In this document: piece by piece, positions 1 to 14,567 of the stretch | Layout of the letters: every line of letters starts with the position of its first letter | Numbering within the stretch: the first letter of the stretch is position 1 | Assembly (NCBI GenBank): GCA_030704615.1 | Contig: CM060734.1 | Coordinates: 48,050,001-48,114,000 of the forward strand | Reading direction: 5' to 3' | DNA: 64,000 bases | Source: Takakia lepidozioides | Taxonomy: Eukaryota; Plantae; Bryophyta | The notes under the pieces: generated by a model | Seen by the model: only the letters and a program-made list of their open reading frames with translations | Told to the model about the DNA's origin: nothing | Databases searched by the model: none | Made by a program: the position numbers and the translations under genes

Positions 1-2220
1 TTGCCCCGCTGGGCAGCAGCAGCACCCCCAATGAATGTCACAGGGAGCTGTACACGACGACCATCCCCTGACTGCCATCCAGGCCTGTAGGATGCTGACT
101 CCTCCCAAAAATCGAGGGTGAAGCCCATAGGATATAACACTGCCCCACCAATGAGGACATCGTAAAAGATCGCATCTGTCACGATGGCCTTGGCTCGCAT
201 GCCTGAGCCATCTATAGGATGATCCAGTTGTAGTCTAATGGCCAACTCACGCCGTGTCATGCCCCGAGCCTGCTCTGATCCTCCCAGAGATGTCTGTATC
301 TGGAAAGGACAAGGCTCCATATCCGCCTCCATGAGGCCCAAACCTGCAATAGCAGCTCTGCCCAACATCAGTGGCTGAGCTCCCGAGTCCAACAAGACCC
401 GCAGTGGCCGTTACCTCTTGCCTGCCGGTCCATTCAAAGAGAAAATGTCATCCTGGTTGTCTAACAAGACAACTCCAGGTGTCACCATGGCGCGCTCAAA
501 GGCTGGCCTAGCTGGCAGCTCTGTCAACCTGGCAGCTGCAGCTTGCCATGGCGCAGCCGTGGCAGTCTTGACCCTCAAATCTGAGGATTCCTCTGCCACT
601 ACACCTTCCACCAACTCTGCAGAAGATGAAGTGACCTCCCCACTCTAGCAGAGTGTTGCTGCTAGTCTGAACACTGCAGCTGGTCTTACCCCCGGCGTCG
701 CGATCATGGTTGCCGAGAACAGTGGGGCTTGACACACAGAGGTGGCTGCCCCCAACATCACATTGGCTGCACTAGCCTTGGCAGCAGGTGTTAGTGCTGC
801 ACATGTAGCTCTCCCCAATGGCACAATAACGACCTCTGTATTTGTCGGGCGAGAACTAGGTGCTATGGACTGTCTCCCCCAAGATGAATGATTGAGGCAA
901 CCTAGCCTGACGGCTTGCCTCCCCACGCTGTGGATCTAACTCCACCTCTGCACCTCGTGGCTCAGGAACTCGTGTTGCTCCTCGAGTGACAGCTGCAGCA
1001 GACTCCACCTGCACTAGTGGTAGTGCAGCCCCACATATAAATCCCATGCCTCCCATGTCTCCTCCGTCAGGATGACGCTGCTGAGGAGGAACATGAGGTG
1101 GACCCTCAAGTCTTGGAGCTGGTACCACCTGAGCTATGGCCATGGCATCAAGCCTTTGCTCTAGTTGCTGAAGCCGGTTGGCCATGCCTTGATCAACGCC
1201 CTGACCTCCACGTCCTTGGCCATACTGTGCTTGCCCTCTTCCTACACCTTGTGCCTGACCACCTCGTCCTCTTTGAGGTGCTCTACCTTGCCCTCGGCCA
1301 CCATTGTTCCCTTGGAACTGGCCTTGCCGCAACTCAGGGTGCAAGTCATAACACTAGGCATCTCCATGCCCATACTTGCCACAATGCCCACACTGCAACT
1401 GTGTAGGTTGTGCTTGTGTCGGCCTTTTGCCACTCTTTGGGCAATCTTTCTTGACATGGGGTCCTCCACATGTCCAACATATCACCCCTGGTTGTTGTTG
1501 GCTTGCAAAAGATGCTACTGACCTCTGTACTTGAGGTCCCCTGTAAGCTCCATGGAATTTGGGTTGGGAAACCTTGCCCCCCTGACCACGCTGTTGGGCA
1601 GTCCCTTGTGCCTGTGGGCTGGCAGCTGCGCCTCGTGCAGGCATGTCCTTGCCAAATCCAGTGGTAACAACTCGCTCCTCCACCATGTTGAGCTCAATCC
1701 GCTCAGCCAGCAGAAACACATCTGCTAATGTGGGTTGGGCTGCTTATAACAGGGTTGCATCCCGCACCCTTTCTCCTGAGCTCCTTGTCCAAAATTCTAT
1801 AGCAGAACTGGATTGCCTGAGCTTCAGTAACCCCTTGGGTCACACTTATCAAGCGCCTCATACGAGTGTAGGCCTCTCGCAGGCTCTCACTGGATTTGCG
1901 CTGGAAGTCTTCACTAGAAGCATTCGTGTCATTTACCACTAGGGTAACGACTCATTTTGAGTCGTAAAAGTCAAAAAAATGGGATCGACTGGAAGTTACA
2001 AACGACTAGTTACAACAGATGTGGTAGTTGGGTTGGACATCCAATGATTGGAGTGGTAAAGGACGCAGATGCGCGAACAACTGATCTCGTGGACTTTCAC
2101 CTTGTACCACCCGGAACGAATGTCCTTGCAATGGAACTTGTCAACCCTGGCTATTCCCACCACTTCCGCCTTTGCGGCGGCTGTCTTTGACCGCTTGTCA
2201 TTGGGGTTCAGGAGAAACAT
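1..2220 (-). mobile_element. Degenerate Ty3/Gypsy LTR retrotransposon, gag-protease region (continues off the left edge)
   Basis: Broken minus-strand frames give a gag core (FQRKSSESLREAYTRMRRLI), two zinc knuckles (CWTCGGPHVKKDC; CGHCGKYGH..C) and an aspartic protease (RVLLDSGAQP at ~380-405, DVLIGG at ~145-165). A possible decayed Met PBS at 2222-2233 abuts a TG at 2234, the putative LTR edge. Confidence 0.85.
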
Positions 2221-2969
2221 AGGATCTGATATCTGCAGACACCAACATCAGGGTCCACTCAGCAACAAACATAGCAATGACAGGGTGAAAGTCAAGCGCA
2301 GCTGGGCATGGAAACGATCTTGGTTGCCACGATACTGAATCAGCAGCAAATTCACGGTGTACCAACGTACCTTGAAGCGAGGCTCATTGCTGAGGGTGGC
2401 AACTGAGGAAAGTTGCCCACGTGTCTTCAACTGCAGTAGCAAAAAGAGGTTTAGTCAGACGGATAAGAATAACATGAACTCTGGTGGTTGCAATGGTATA
2501 AACACACCTCCACGGAGCAAGCTAACAAACACCCCGCTCAGACCCTACACACTACAACTTCCTGGCAAAAATAACCCTACTAGAAACCAGGCAAAGCAAG
2601 GAGCCATGAATTCATGCCTGGGGAACCACGTCCTGCTGCGATGATGGTGCCGGGGACAGCCCACTCCTCTTGCTCACTTGCAATGAATACACATTGCAAC
2701 GCTTCAGGAAGTGTATCCATAAAGGAAACCAACCAAGTAAGTTTGCAGAGAGGGGCTGGGAACAACCATACCTTGGGCGCTGCCTCCTCATGCTGGGGGG
2801 CAGATCCGGAATGCTGGCGCCATAGCACTATGGTCCTTGGCGCAGGACCCACCTTCTTCACATTCGACCCCAGTGCCACTCCCTGTGGTCCCTGCAAAAC
2901 ATATAGTGCTAGCCTTGCGTGAGAGGGCATCCGGGGGGAACAAAACAAACATCTCTTTTGGCTTCGATG

Positions 2970-3902
2970 TCATGTTGCAAACAGTAAGGTTAGTTTCACC
3001 TGCATGGGCGCAGAAACACTTCCCCCAACGACCCCATCCTCTCCCACATTCAAGCTGCAAGTCGGCTTCCGCATGCTTGTGAAGACACGCACATCCTTGG
3101 AGCAAAACAAATCTTGGCAGTAGGGCCAGACTATTTCTAAAAGGTAGTCTGAATCGGGCCCCTCACTGACATTGCCAGTGACATCAAACGACAATGGATG
3201 GACCATGTTCAAAGGGGAGTTCCCCCTCCCCTTGTGTGGTGAATCATCCACTAAGAGGGTGTTGGATTCGTTAAATCTAGAAAATTGCGACCACACCCTC
3301 GACAGTCTCTTCTGTAAGTTCTGTACGGCATGCCCTTTTGTGGGGTGTGGCTCTGTCAAGGGGTCACACTCCTCTTGTGACCACACAAAGAGGGGAGAAC
3401 CCTTGACCCCCTGCATCACCACTTTCAAGATATCTGCAACATTCCCCTTGGAAGCACATGACCATATCCCAACGTAGAAATACCGGAAGAGAAGGTTTAA
3501 AAACACGCAGACCTGGGGCCTTGGGAAAACATACTTGTTGGTGGTCAACACCCATGGCCAATGACGCCTCGGGTTGGGCTGAAAGTTAGGAATAGAGTGG
3601 CACAGGATCCCGTTCAGGTCTAGAACAATTAGTTTCGACTTTTCAATGAAAGGAGCTTTCGAAGGGGTGTCACGGGGTCTCACCTCAGTGGGTTGGGAGA
3701 CAACAGTCATCCCGGAGGGCAAAGTTTCGGTCCCCCTGCAGCCTGGACCAGGCAAACTACCACCCTCTCCCCCTACAGCTTCCCCTTTTCCCCCATCATC
3801 AGCAATGACCCCCCCATCGTCCATGTCATTCCCACCAACTTGCTGGACCTCTCCCTCTTCAACGAGTGGACCCTGCCCCCCCACTGTGAATATCATCAAC
3901 AA
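2970..3902 (-). pseudogene. FCP1/NIF-like HAD-superfamily phosphatase domain at the 3' end of a frameshifted multi-exon gene (upstream exons to ~4800)
   Basis: Motifs LIVLDLNGIL, YVFPRP..FL, VGIWS, LFVWSQEEC, KRLSRVW and NTLLVDDSPHK are typical of plant FCP1-like proteins. The upstream low-complexity ORF 3859-4119 is in another frame. Confidence 0.7.
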
Positions 3903-4824
3903 CAGGCTGGACCTCAGTCACATCCCTACCCACTACAATTACTTCCTCCTTGTCAGGTACAATGGTCGCAACAGGGGGGTCTTCTATAATGCCACCCGTC
4001 ACACCCCCTTTTTGCCCCATCATGAGTTCCACTATCTTCTTCAGTTGTGCTTCCATTCCCCTCTCCCGCTCCGTAGAGAGAGCCGCAAGCCTCTCCAGGG
4101 CCCCGATGCGGGCTGCCATTGAGTTCCCCGCTCCCTACGCATACAAACACCCACCCATACTGTTAAAAACCAGAAAAAGAGGCCGAATGTGCAGGATTTC
4201 AGGCATTCGGAGGTTTGGCATAACACCCCTCGTGTACCATGCGTGGGGGCCCCACATACCCACCAAATCTTAGTACAACAACAGATTCATGAATGGAAAC
4301 CGGACTTCAAAACATACCTGGCTCCAAATAGACTCTGATGGGGTGTCAGTCGCAGCGTTCTTTTGCTCCGCCCCGAGCTCGGACAGTGACGGGCTCCGCG
4401 CTTTGCGTCTTTTTTGTATTTGCCCATCCACACACTGTCAGTACAAAATGCCAGGAGCATATGGACAAAGCACTGCCCTGCATATCACATAACAACTAAT
4501 TCTGCACAAGCTCCTTACATGTTCGTTTGAATCTCGGGGCAAGTGGCACGACACGATGAACTCTCTTCCCCCACACTAAGGGAGAAGACCCCTTGCACGC
4601 TTTCACCATTTTGTGCTACCTTATTCACCCTATTCTCCCTTAGCACATGTACACCTAGAAACAGAGTGGATACATCTCCCTTGTCACACGTCAAACAATT
4701 GGCAAGCAGATCCACCCTGTATTTTGCTTCAGCTTCAGAAGGACTTGCCACATGCGGCCTAAATCATAGGTTTTCCAAGCTTGGGACCCTTGTTGGCCTC
4801 CACACCAATTTTTCTCTCCTTAGA

Positions 4825-4936
4825 TCTTTGCCGCGACCCTTCACCTATAGCAATCCTGACAGTTCATTGGGAAGCAGTTGTGCCACTGCCTTCCAGTATG
4901 CCTTGTCTGTACTTTTGTGGAAGTTCTCTTGATTTG
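4825..4936 (-). pseudogene. Clathrin light chain exon fragment
   Basis: After a cag acceptor it reads NQENFHKSTDKAYWKAVAQLLPNEL..*VKGRGKD, resembling the plant CLC segment NQEKFHKEADKxYWKAIAELIP. There is an in-frame stop. Confidence 0.5.
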
Positions 4937-7900
4937 CTGGAAAAACCTACCCAATAGACAGCATGGCCCTTATGTTCAGTGCACGCATGTGCATTGTACT
5001 TAGATATGTAAATCTCTACGTAAAATATAGACCCACATATGTAATAGTTTGTACATGTGTGTCAGTGAATTTGACCACATTCCTACACTCAACGATCTTG
5101 CTCTTCCGTTGCAAACTTACTAAATGAATGCATGGGCACTTCAAACCTTCAGATAACCTCCAATGCCAAGGCAGGGCAGAGGACACTCAAGCGCATATAC
5201 AACTCACATGAGGCAGCTAAAAGGGATAAATGTTTCTCTCGATGTCCAGATTGCACGGTTCCCTTCTGCATCTGCATCTCATTATTCATGGATCATTATT
5301 GTATGGCAATATGACAAAATGATGAGTCGGACACCAGTGCAACCATTCACTGGAAAAGTTAGAGAGTCTCTACACATGAGCAATAGACAAATCATATTAA
5401 ACAGCCTAGTAGTGATTTCGGTTTCTTGACTGTGGTGACATTGATTCCTTCTATCTTTGTCAAGGGCTGGAGGGAATTTCAAATTGGTGACTCTTGAATT
5501 TATCCCACTGTCTCTCCAAACAAGAATTGGGTCCTTGATTCACTTTCATCTAAACCTGAAGGGCCTTTCTTTCTTGGCAATTCCTGGTGGCTGATGGCCC
5601 TTAGTCCTGATTGCTGCTACATGATTGTGTAGCCATAATACATGTTGATCCTTCAATGTCAGAGACCGGATATAGACATTCATCCTTCAGATTTGCTTAT
5701 TTGGGAATATCAGTGGAATACTGCCACACAATTTCAAAGAATCTGTCAAACTCTTACATTATTCAATTAGAAAGTGCTCCGCATTGAGAAAAAACAGTAT
5801 ACCCTTGAAAAGGAGCTAACCACAATGAGTACTTACTTCGGGTCTGATAGGAAGTTCAAACAGATATGGAATCCCAAACTGCTTCACCACCTGTACTCAG
5901 ATTTGATACGGCCCCCATCAAAACCACTTATGAGATAAACATGGTAGTCAAAATGGGAAGGGTTTAAGATATGGATGGTTTCAAAAGGTTTCACCATGAT
6001 CCACCCACACTAAAGCCATTGGAGGATGGCGGTGCATATGAAAACATGAAGGTGCAGTGCATAGCCCACATTCTTGTGCATTTGTTGGTAAAGATCTGCT
6101 TTGACTCACATTGAGTGATACAGTGATGCGCATACCTTGGACCCCGAGCCCTGGCCAAAAGGTAGTAGCGCTTCCCATCAGCTTTGAAGCAGCACATATT
6201 CTCCACTACTGCAATGCACGGAATCTGGGCACAATCATGCTATCATTTGGCCTTGATTTCTGTTATATCCATGGGGCTGACAGCCAAGCCGCTACAGCAA
6301 GAAACATCTATTCAACTTGCAACATGGTTGAGGACCTTAAGGATGATTTGAAGGGCCTAGCTACAATCAGCAGTAGATTAAAATCTAAATTGCAGGCAGG
6401 AGTCTACCTTAGAACAATAATCAGATGCAGAGAAGAAGAGGACAATGCCAATGCGGGCTGTGTGGTCGGCAATATTCATTTTTTGACCCTGCTGCCATGA
6501 CCCGTTTGGGAGCTAGAGGCTAACGTCAGTAAATATGCTGCGGTGGCATTCAACGACAAAAATCCTTCCATCATAGGTAATCTGGAGCTTGAAATCCGGC
6601 CCTCTTACACCAACGAGCTAACTTGCAGAATTCAACATGGAAATTTAGGGCCGATTCTGACAAGATGGAAAAACAGGTGAAATGTGTTGAAGAAGGTGCC
6701 TTCATTAGCAGTGCCTTGTTCTATCAATTGTGATGTTGCCGCTGTTGTTTCTAGTTGACCATTCGTGGCTGCATCCTCATTGTCGCTCCATTGTTGTAGA
6801 TGTAAGGTTCACAATTTTGAGTATGAGATTCCATAACCGCATTGACCTGTTTCATGGATATTTTGTGGAAAATGTGATGGCAACTATTTTTATGAAGATC
6901 TGATGGAGACCTTGTATGTAATTGCTCTGCCAGATCGATGGAGTTCACGCCATGGCAATGCCCAATCTCGTGACAATCGGCTGTGGGGAGCAGAGGCGGG
7001 AAGCAAGAATCATGAAGCGCGTGGATGAATGCATGGAAGTGACAGGTAGAATGTGGATGGAATGTTCTGGATGATAACGTATAACATTCATCCAAACTGC
7101 ACAATCAGGTGCGCATTATTAGGACCATTTACCATACCCGTCCCCTTATGTTCTCAAAGTGCGGTGCCCTTCAAGGCATAGCCCTTGACACCTCGTACGC
7201 ACAAGGATCCGCAATTTAAGAAGGTGAGTATCATGAAAGCCATTGACCCGTTGGCTACTATCGGAGCTGATTGTGTCACGACGGACGATTCTTCGAGTGC
7301 TACTGTATTTAATCATAAACGTGTGCTCACAATGTGCGGCTCCCATAACCGAAATTGTGGAGTTCTTTGGAGACATGGGCCTCCATAATCACACAAGAAT
7401 GCTTCAAACTCTGAGCCCACTTGAAGCAACTCTTCCTCTATGATCTTCAAATCTAGATATACCTCCTGTATATGTCTGACGATTGAGAGCACTGCAAGAA
7501 CTGACAACTTACAAGAAAAGATCATCTGGACCAGTTTCCTTCTGAAAAATCTAGTAGATTCATGTTTAATATTGCAAGTTGAAATTATTCACTCTAGCTT
7601 GACAAATCTTAGACAGCAGGCAGGCATACTCAAGTCAATTTTATGACGTGTTGTGGTATGGTAAGTGTGGTCGGGTTCCTTTAATAGATTGTCTCGCTTT
7701 GAGGAGACTGGCTTGCAGTTCATCGATGTGCAAAAAGGCATATTGAACAAGGTTATTACGTTTCCTCCTAGTGAAGCATTTAAATTGTCACTCAACATTT
7801 CAAGTGGTTTAAAAAAAAAGGGTCAAAATCAGGTACACGTCTCTTTGCATACTCAATCATTCCTTCATGCAGGGAGTAAGGCAAGCTGTGGGACTACGCT

Positions 7901-9803
7901 GAAGTGAATGATAGTCGTCTGATAGCTCCCCTCTTTTGGGGTGGTGTGCTTCATGTCCAGAAAAGTTTATTGGTCTTATGCAAGCTTAATGCACGCACAC
8001 AATCTCCCTCTCCCTGTCTTAGAACGCTACTAGACCATGTGATTGTTGCAATCCCGGCCTCATGTCCCTTATTCGGGGCTGGAGCACCTACCAAGGAATC
8101 ACATAATTAGCACTCAAATCCTGTAACCTGAAGGCAATTTCGGGCTAGTTTCCACAATCTGTACCAGCAGTGGGAGTGTTGATTTAGTGGAGATTCTGAC
8201 CATCAGGGAGCATCTCGCAGGAACAGCCAATGCACCCAGTAGTCTAGCAGTAATCAAGCAGTGATTGAGTCTAGTAAAATAAAAACGTAAATTGAGTATA
8301 GAGACTCTAAGTTCTCTGTTGAAATATTGTGTACGTGAGTTTCTTATCTGGAAGCTGCAAACTATGTTGCAGCCTTCCAGCAACGTCCCAGGCCTCCATT
8401 CGCAAGTAGAACTTACAAATGTTGGAGCAAATCTCTCAGGTCCTGTTGGTTAAGCGGTTGAGACTTTTGTATTGATAAGTTAATGCATGCTTGTTAACTG
8501 TCATTCCATGCAAACAATGGACATCGCTGACCTTCACATTTAATTTTCTCGATGAAGGTTTACGAGTGCAGCTCTTTCTGTAGCCGGGCAAAGAATACCA
8601 AAATTCCTCCATTTTAGTGCTTTTACACAGGTTATGGTGGCGCACACCAACAACGCCATGTTGCCACCCATGCAAATCTTTACATGGGAATACAACATGA
8701 TATTACTGTTAATTTGTTTATAATCTTGATTTACCAAGCCGGGTATATTGTTTGCAGGAGTGCATGGCACTGGCTTGGTCACACCAAAAGTGAAACTGAA
8801 CTTGTATCTCTTATTTGGTTGTATGGCAGACTGGTGTGCTCTGGTAATTGCGCAGGTTTGAGACTGTCTACATAGATGAGAAGATGCGGGTGGCAAAGGA
8901 CATCTGGGGTGATTATCTTGTTGTTGATAGGGCCCCATTTGGACTTGGGTTCTTGTTGGTTCTTGAATTTCAGGCAAGTATTGCTTACGTACTTCAAACT
9001 CCTTCGCAAGGGCCTTCCAGAAATTGATGAAGTGCGAGGGTGATTGGCAGGTGAAGACACAGATGGCGAAGCCGAAGAGTTGGAACAGGCAAGCATGACT
9101 TTATGTATACTAGCAACTGCAATTGCTGATGTAACAGTCAATGTACTCATTTTTCAAGGTTGGCATTTCAGAGCAAAGGGAACCCTAACAATAACTTGGG
9201 TCGACATGACATGAATGATGCTTTGAGGTGAATGATGGTTGAGTGAACAGGCTGACTGGGACTGAGAGAGTGAGGGGTGAGGGGGCATTGGGTACTTATA
9301 AAAGTGATTACACAAAGCACAGGATTTAGCAATCACATGTGGATCATGCCCTATTTAACTACATTCTTAAACCCGAAAGCGTAATAGAACTTGGGGCTGT
9401 AAAGCATTGCACAGTAAGCATACTGTATTGACTGAAGCTTGAAGATATGGAAAACAAACATAAGTTCTCAAGTCAAGCTGTGGACACCGATCTTTATTTT
9501 ATATATCAATAACTGCAGGATACACCCTGCCAGCAAAGGACTACTGAGCTTTCCATCAGATGTCATTCAGTCTAGCACCCAGAAGAGCTCGTCTCTCGCA
9601 AACGTTGTACCATTTCCAATGATGTACATTGGTGCACAGCTATTGAACTTGGAAGAGCAATTCGAGTGGCCTTCGGTGATTGACGGTGTGTTCGAAATTT
9701 GCTAGGGGTAGGACAAAGGAGCAATGAGAAGTTGCTCATCATTTTGTCTGCAGTGCTACTGACTTGGTAGCAAGGCACAAGCCATCACAAGTAGTACTCA
9801 ATT

Positions 9804-12637
9804 TCAGTACTTCGAAACCAGGTTTACTTTTGTGCTTCCTGGCCTTGCATTGTTTCCTGATGTGTCACTTTTATCCCTTCTCTCTTGTTCTCTCATAGCA
9901 GCCTTATAGAGGAGCTTATGCACCTCTGCAAAGTCCGGTTCTGTTGCATTTTCCACAGCAGTTACCCACGCTGCGATCCTCTTCTTGGGACCGAGCAGTG
10001 CTGCAACCTCCTCCTTGTCCAGCATCTGCCCAGCAGCCAGCAGCGATCAGGACTTACAATATCGAAAACATTGATGATTGTCGTGTAGCCTGTCCTTCAG
10101 ACAACAGGTAATTGCCCCACTTGCACTCATATGACTTCAAAAGATGACAGGGACTATGACAGTCAAAATTTCTGCACATGGCCGACATGTTGCTGTACCA
10201 AACCTCCCTTATCTCCAACTATCATGCCGTTGCATCACTGCTCTCTTACTCGTGCCATAGAATACTTTGACCCAGTATGAAGGTCAAATAATCTACTATA
10301 GACTTGGAAACTCTGCATATGAATGTTAGATATGTCAGTACCTGAAGCTGCTGCACCTCGCAAGAAAGGCTGAGGTCTGCAATGGACGGTTGCGAACCAC
10401 CAGCCAAAAATTGGTGGCCTTCTTGCAACCACACAGTCTCTAGCATGTCGAGGGCCTTCTTCAGTAGCTTTTCACCTTCTGATGCTGCCCTCATATCTGG
10501 CTGTATACCCAACCTTGGGGCTAACACTCGATTCAGCACCAATTGCGCTGTCACATCAAGACACACTTATTAACTGTGGACTGCCTCCAGGAGAGATGGT
10601 GGTGGCTGCAAGGGCTCAGAGAAAGCAAGTTCATTCAGCACACAGGCTACCATATGACAAAATATCCACAACTTCCCAAATGGATGTGCACAAGCCCACT
10701 GTTATGCTTCAATTCCCTTATCCCCCACTTGGCAAATATGTCACGGACAAAGCCATAGGCAGTGGGACACTAGGAGGCAGCCATCAAAACCTCTTGTACT
10801 TGCACCATGCCCAGGGCAAGAGGAATGACTCAGCTTCCAGCAAGAAAGTATAGGCCAAAGATGAGCAAAGGATCTTATTCCAAGCATGAAACCGAGAGCC
10901 ATAAAGCCCCCTTCTTCATTTGAGAATACCCATACCAGAACCACGACGTAGATTGGAATGATGCCAATCCAACACGCAATCAATCTCTGCCCTTCTTTTT
11001 ACATCTTTGGGATACCTGCAACCAGGTCAGAGACTATGTCAAGAACGGCACCGTCTAAGGTAGCCTAGAATTTATCATCTCTTTTGCAAGAGAGTGAAGC
11101 AGTGTGTAGTAAAAAAACGTCAACAAGGGACATTTTGCACACCCATCTCCATGACTGGAATCTGTCCCTAAGAGCTTCTGTCATGTCTTCTACGATTGTG
11201 TAGTTAACCTGAATTGAATTTGCAAGGAATCCTAAGGAAATACTCCTAGAAGATAAGCCCATCACTTACCAGTGATCAGCTACTCCTGGACGTGAACATG
11301 CCAGATAGCGCAAGATGGAATGGCTGCCTTCCACATAACACAAACAGGATACGCATGTTAAGTACTCAGGAATCGAATAAACAAGTAAGGTCACAACATA
11401 TCTAACTAGTCCTTAATGGGCACTGGAGGAGATCTGCAAAAAGGGAAATGGTTCCTAGTTCACTCACACAGACATTACATGTTACCAACAGCTAGAAATG
11501 CACACAAGAGGGAAGAACTTGGACACAGCACCACAAGCATGGAAACTTGGGCCCAGATACCAACCTCTCAAAGAGCTTAAAGCCACCATCATCGATAGCA
11601 GGGACTTGTCCCATAGGGTTGATGGCTGCCATACACAATAGGCTGTTATACTCTGCATAGGCTCTGTGCTCTAGGCATCTCTGCTAAACCACAAGTGCCC
11701 CACAAATTCCTGTCACACAGCCCAGTGACACTAGAAATCACACATTGGACCTGCAAACTCTCTACTGATGAGTCTGATGATGACCCTCCTACCACTGTTA
11801 CAGCTGAAAGGATCAACTTGAGCAAAAGAAGACCAAATACTGTACCTATAAACTCAGGGGTTTTGTGCTCCCCTTTGTGAACCTTGATCATATGGATCTC
11901 GACTGGAATGTTGTTAACCCTGCCATCACCCATTTCGTCAAGCGTGCGTCACCTACTATGGCAAACTCAGACCATAACTTGCAGTATTACAGTATGCTGT
12001 GGCCACATAGTCAAGCTTTCATAGCCATCACTTTATCCAAACCTACCGATCGGTTCATTGTTGTGCATTGGCCTTAATCGTCATGGTGCATTCCTCGAAC
12101 ACAGTCTAGATCGATCATCACCTTCAGCCTGACAGCAGGAAAGTAAGTAGTTTTCCACAATCTATGCATCCATTGGGCGTCGGACATGGCACAAACGCTT
12201 CCAAATTGGTGATTGGAGCCTAAGTCATGGCTACGAAAATTGTCAAGCCTTCGAATATATGATCATGGACCTTACTTTCACTGCAATTCAACAAGAATCC
12301 TGCGTGTTTGGCTGCCCCGGCTCCCCCATGCACTGCACTGCAATTCGTGGTCTTACCATCATGCGCCGTCTTCCACATAGCGATCATTCGCAGCTCTTCG
12401 AATTACCGGAAGCCATACCCACGTTCTTTTCCCCCAGAATTAGACACCAAACAGATTCTAAAAGTATCCCAGAGATGACAATCAAAGGGATGAGAGAAGT
12501 AAAAAGAGAAGAAACAAGAACCCGACAATGAAAGGAAGGCGTAAGAACGTCAGAACCCACCGACAAAATATGAGAACAGCACGAGAAGGCTGGGATATAA
12601 AATCCACATAAAGGCGAAGCTTTCCGGGCTCTGCCAT
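9804..12637 (-). CDS. GSTT: Theta-class glutathione S-transferase, 7 exons (approx. 12637-12561, 11919-11846, 11626-11565, 11323-11270, 11016-10936, 10547-10342, 10025-9804)
   Basis: Exons join in frame across GT-AG introns: MAEPGKLRLYVDFISQPSRAVLIFCR / VNNIPVE..HKTPEFI / AINPMGQVPAIDDGGFKLFES / HSILRYLA..VADHW / YPKDVKRRAEIDCVLDWHHSNLRRGS / ..FLAGGSQPSIADLSLSCEVQQLQ / ..SKY*. The SQPSRA catalytic-Ser motif and 7-exon layout match plant GSTT. Confidence 0.93.
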
Positions 12638-14567
12638 GGTGTTGCGTGCAGAATTCTCGAGCATCAGCTCCTTTTATACACCGCAGGCTCTGCGATTCCA
12701 GGTTCTCTGCGGAACAAAGGACCCATCAACCAAAAACCATTCTCGGGCCAATTGCACACAACACGCTGTATTTCCCAAGAAAAATCCTGCAAGTCATTTG
12801 TATGCAGTCACGTTTGCATCCAACACGTAAGCACGCCATCCAAATACTGTTCTCGAGGACCATATCTTTCATCCAACAAATGTTTGTATCTTCTTAACAT
12901 TCCTCGGAGCTGCACAACTGCAGTTCACTGTGCTGTGCGTGGGAGGCAGGTAGCCACAGCAAAATCGAGACCTCGGCAAGCACAGCAGAATTCTTCAAAC
13001 TTCCCGTGCATAATCAACAACGTGGGCGAGTGCATGAATCTCAGCCTGCAGGATGACAAACCGACAAGGATTGATACGAAATTATGAATCCCCTGGTACA
13101 GATGGATGGATGGAACATCTACTGGGGGAAAGGTCTCAAATAGGTGGCAAGGGGTGTATGGGAAGCCCTCAAATCCCGCCTTCCTCATTCTGACAGAGTC
13201 ATGTGAAGGTTTGTTGGAGGCTCCAAGCGCGCCCACCATAGGATTGATCATAAGCACGCTTAGCTTGCTTTTTTAGGAGGTTTTTAGGATTGACCAGAAC
13301 GAAGAGTAGTTGGCTGGGGATGGGGCGTGGTAAAATGCATAATATACAGGATACCTTCGTGCACGGCAAAGGCTGGCCTTCCTCTCTAACTTCAAAACCA
13401 CATTGTCCAGCTGCGAGTAGATTCTGGGTGGACGGACATGATCCCTAATTGACATGCACAGCAAAGCACAGATTGGACATCAGAAGTGTTCCTGATGTCC
13501 CCGGAGGCTTTTCTAACCCACTTGTTGGAAGATGAAAAGAAGGAGTCCTCAGCTATCACTGGCAAGGGCCTGGGGTCCAGCAGCCCCAAGCAGGATGCCC
13601 ATTTCCACTCCACACAAGGGCGTGTGAATCTGCTGTATGATATGAGCCCAGCTGTGCAAGAACAAGACAGGGCTGGAGAATAACCAAGGCTACCATGCTC
13701 TTGAGCGCACACGCTGCCATCCCTGTGCTCAATCCATCTTCAGTCTGAGCTCTCAAATGCCATCACGATCATGACCAAAGGAATTCGCAAAATTCTTTGC
13801 AGACAGTTTCAGTAAGCATGGGAATTTCAAATCCCTGACGCTATTTGAACAACCGAATAAACTAGAGAGGATTTTGTTGAGCATTGAATCTCACTCAATA
13901 ACACTACAATTTTTTTCCCATCAGCAAAAGCTCAGTTGGAAAGAAGAGCGATATCACTGAGTAGATTCAAGTTCGAATCATGTTACCTGCACATATCATT
14001 ATCTACTTCCCCTTTCCTTAAAAACAAGTAGCCAGCTCCCAATCTGGAAAATTGTCTTATGTAAGAGATTTAATTACAAGGACCCTAGCCCAAGTTTTGA
14101 TCGCAACTGCCCACTTTCAGCAGAGGGGCTGACCCAAGCAGTAGGGATCTGCTTGTTACCATTCGAATATCATCACTGCATAGGAGCTTAACCCAGGAAG
14201 ATGAATCCTCTTATTTGCCAAGGAATCAGCCAGAAACCCTTTGACAGTCACCTCCAATTTGACTGCTTACATGTTACTAAACAGCAAGATGCCACTAAAG
14301 TGGGGGCAAAAACTAGATTCTCCAGATCCTAGGTTTGATGAAGTGGGCAGAGGAATCAGTCATAGAACCAAGGATGTAAACGTTGATGCAATTGGTGGAA
14401 GTACGAAGTCAGTAAATCCAGCACCTTAGAGGGGAGATGGGGACGAAGATTGGAGGGATCACTATACCGTGTTTTTAACCTTATATGGAGAGAGATGATG
14501 CTGGCTGAAAGCCAACGGAAATGAGAAACTCACAAGACGCTCACAGCTTACAAGAGAGACATCATTT

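Noticed and set aside
6240-9200. Possible Harbinger, integrase and LINE relics
   Set aside because: Only faint, frame-broken resemblance; I cannot support family or boundaries by eye.
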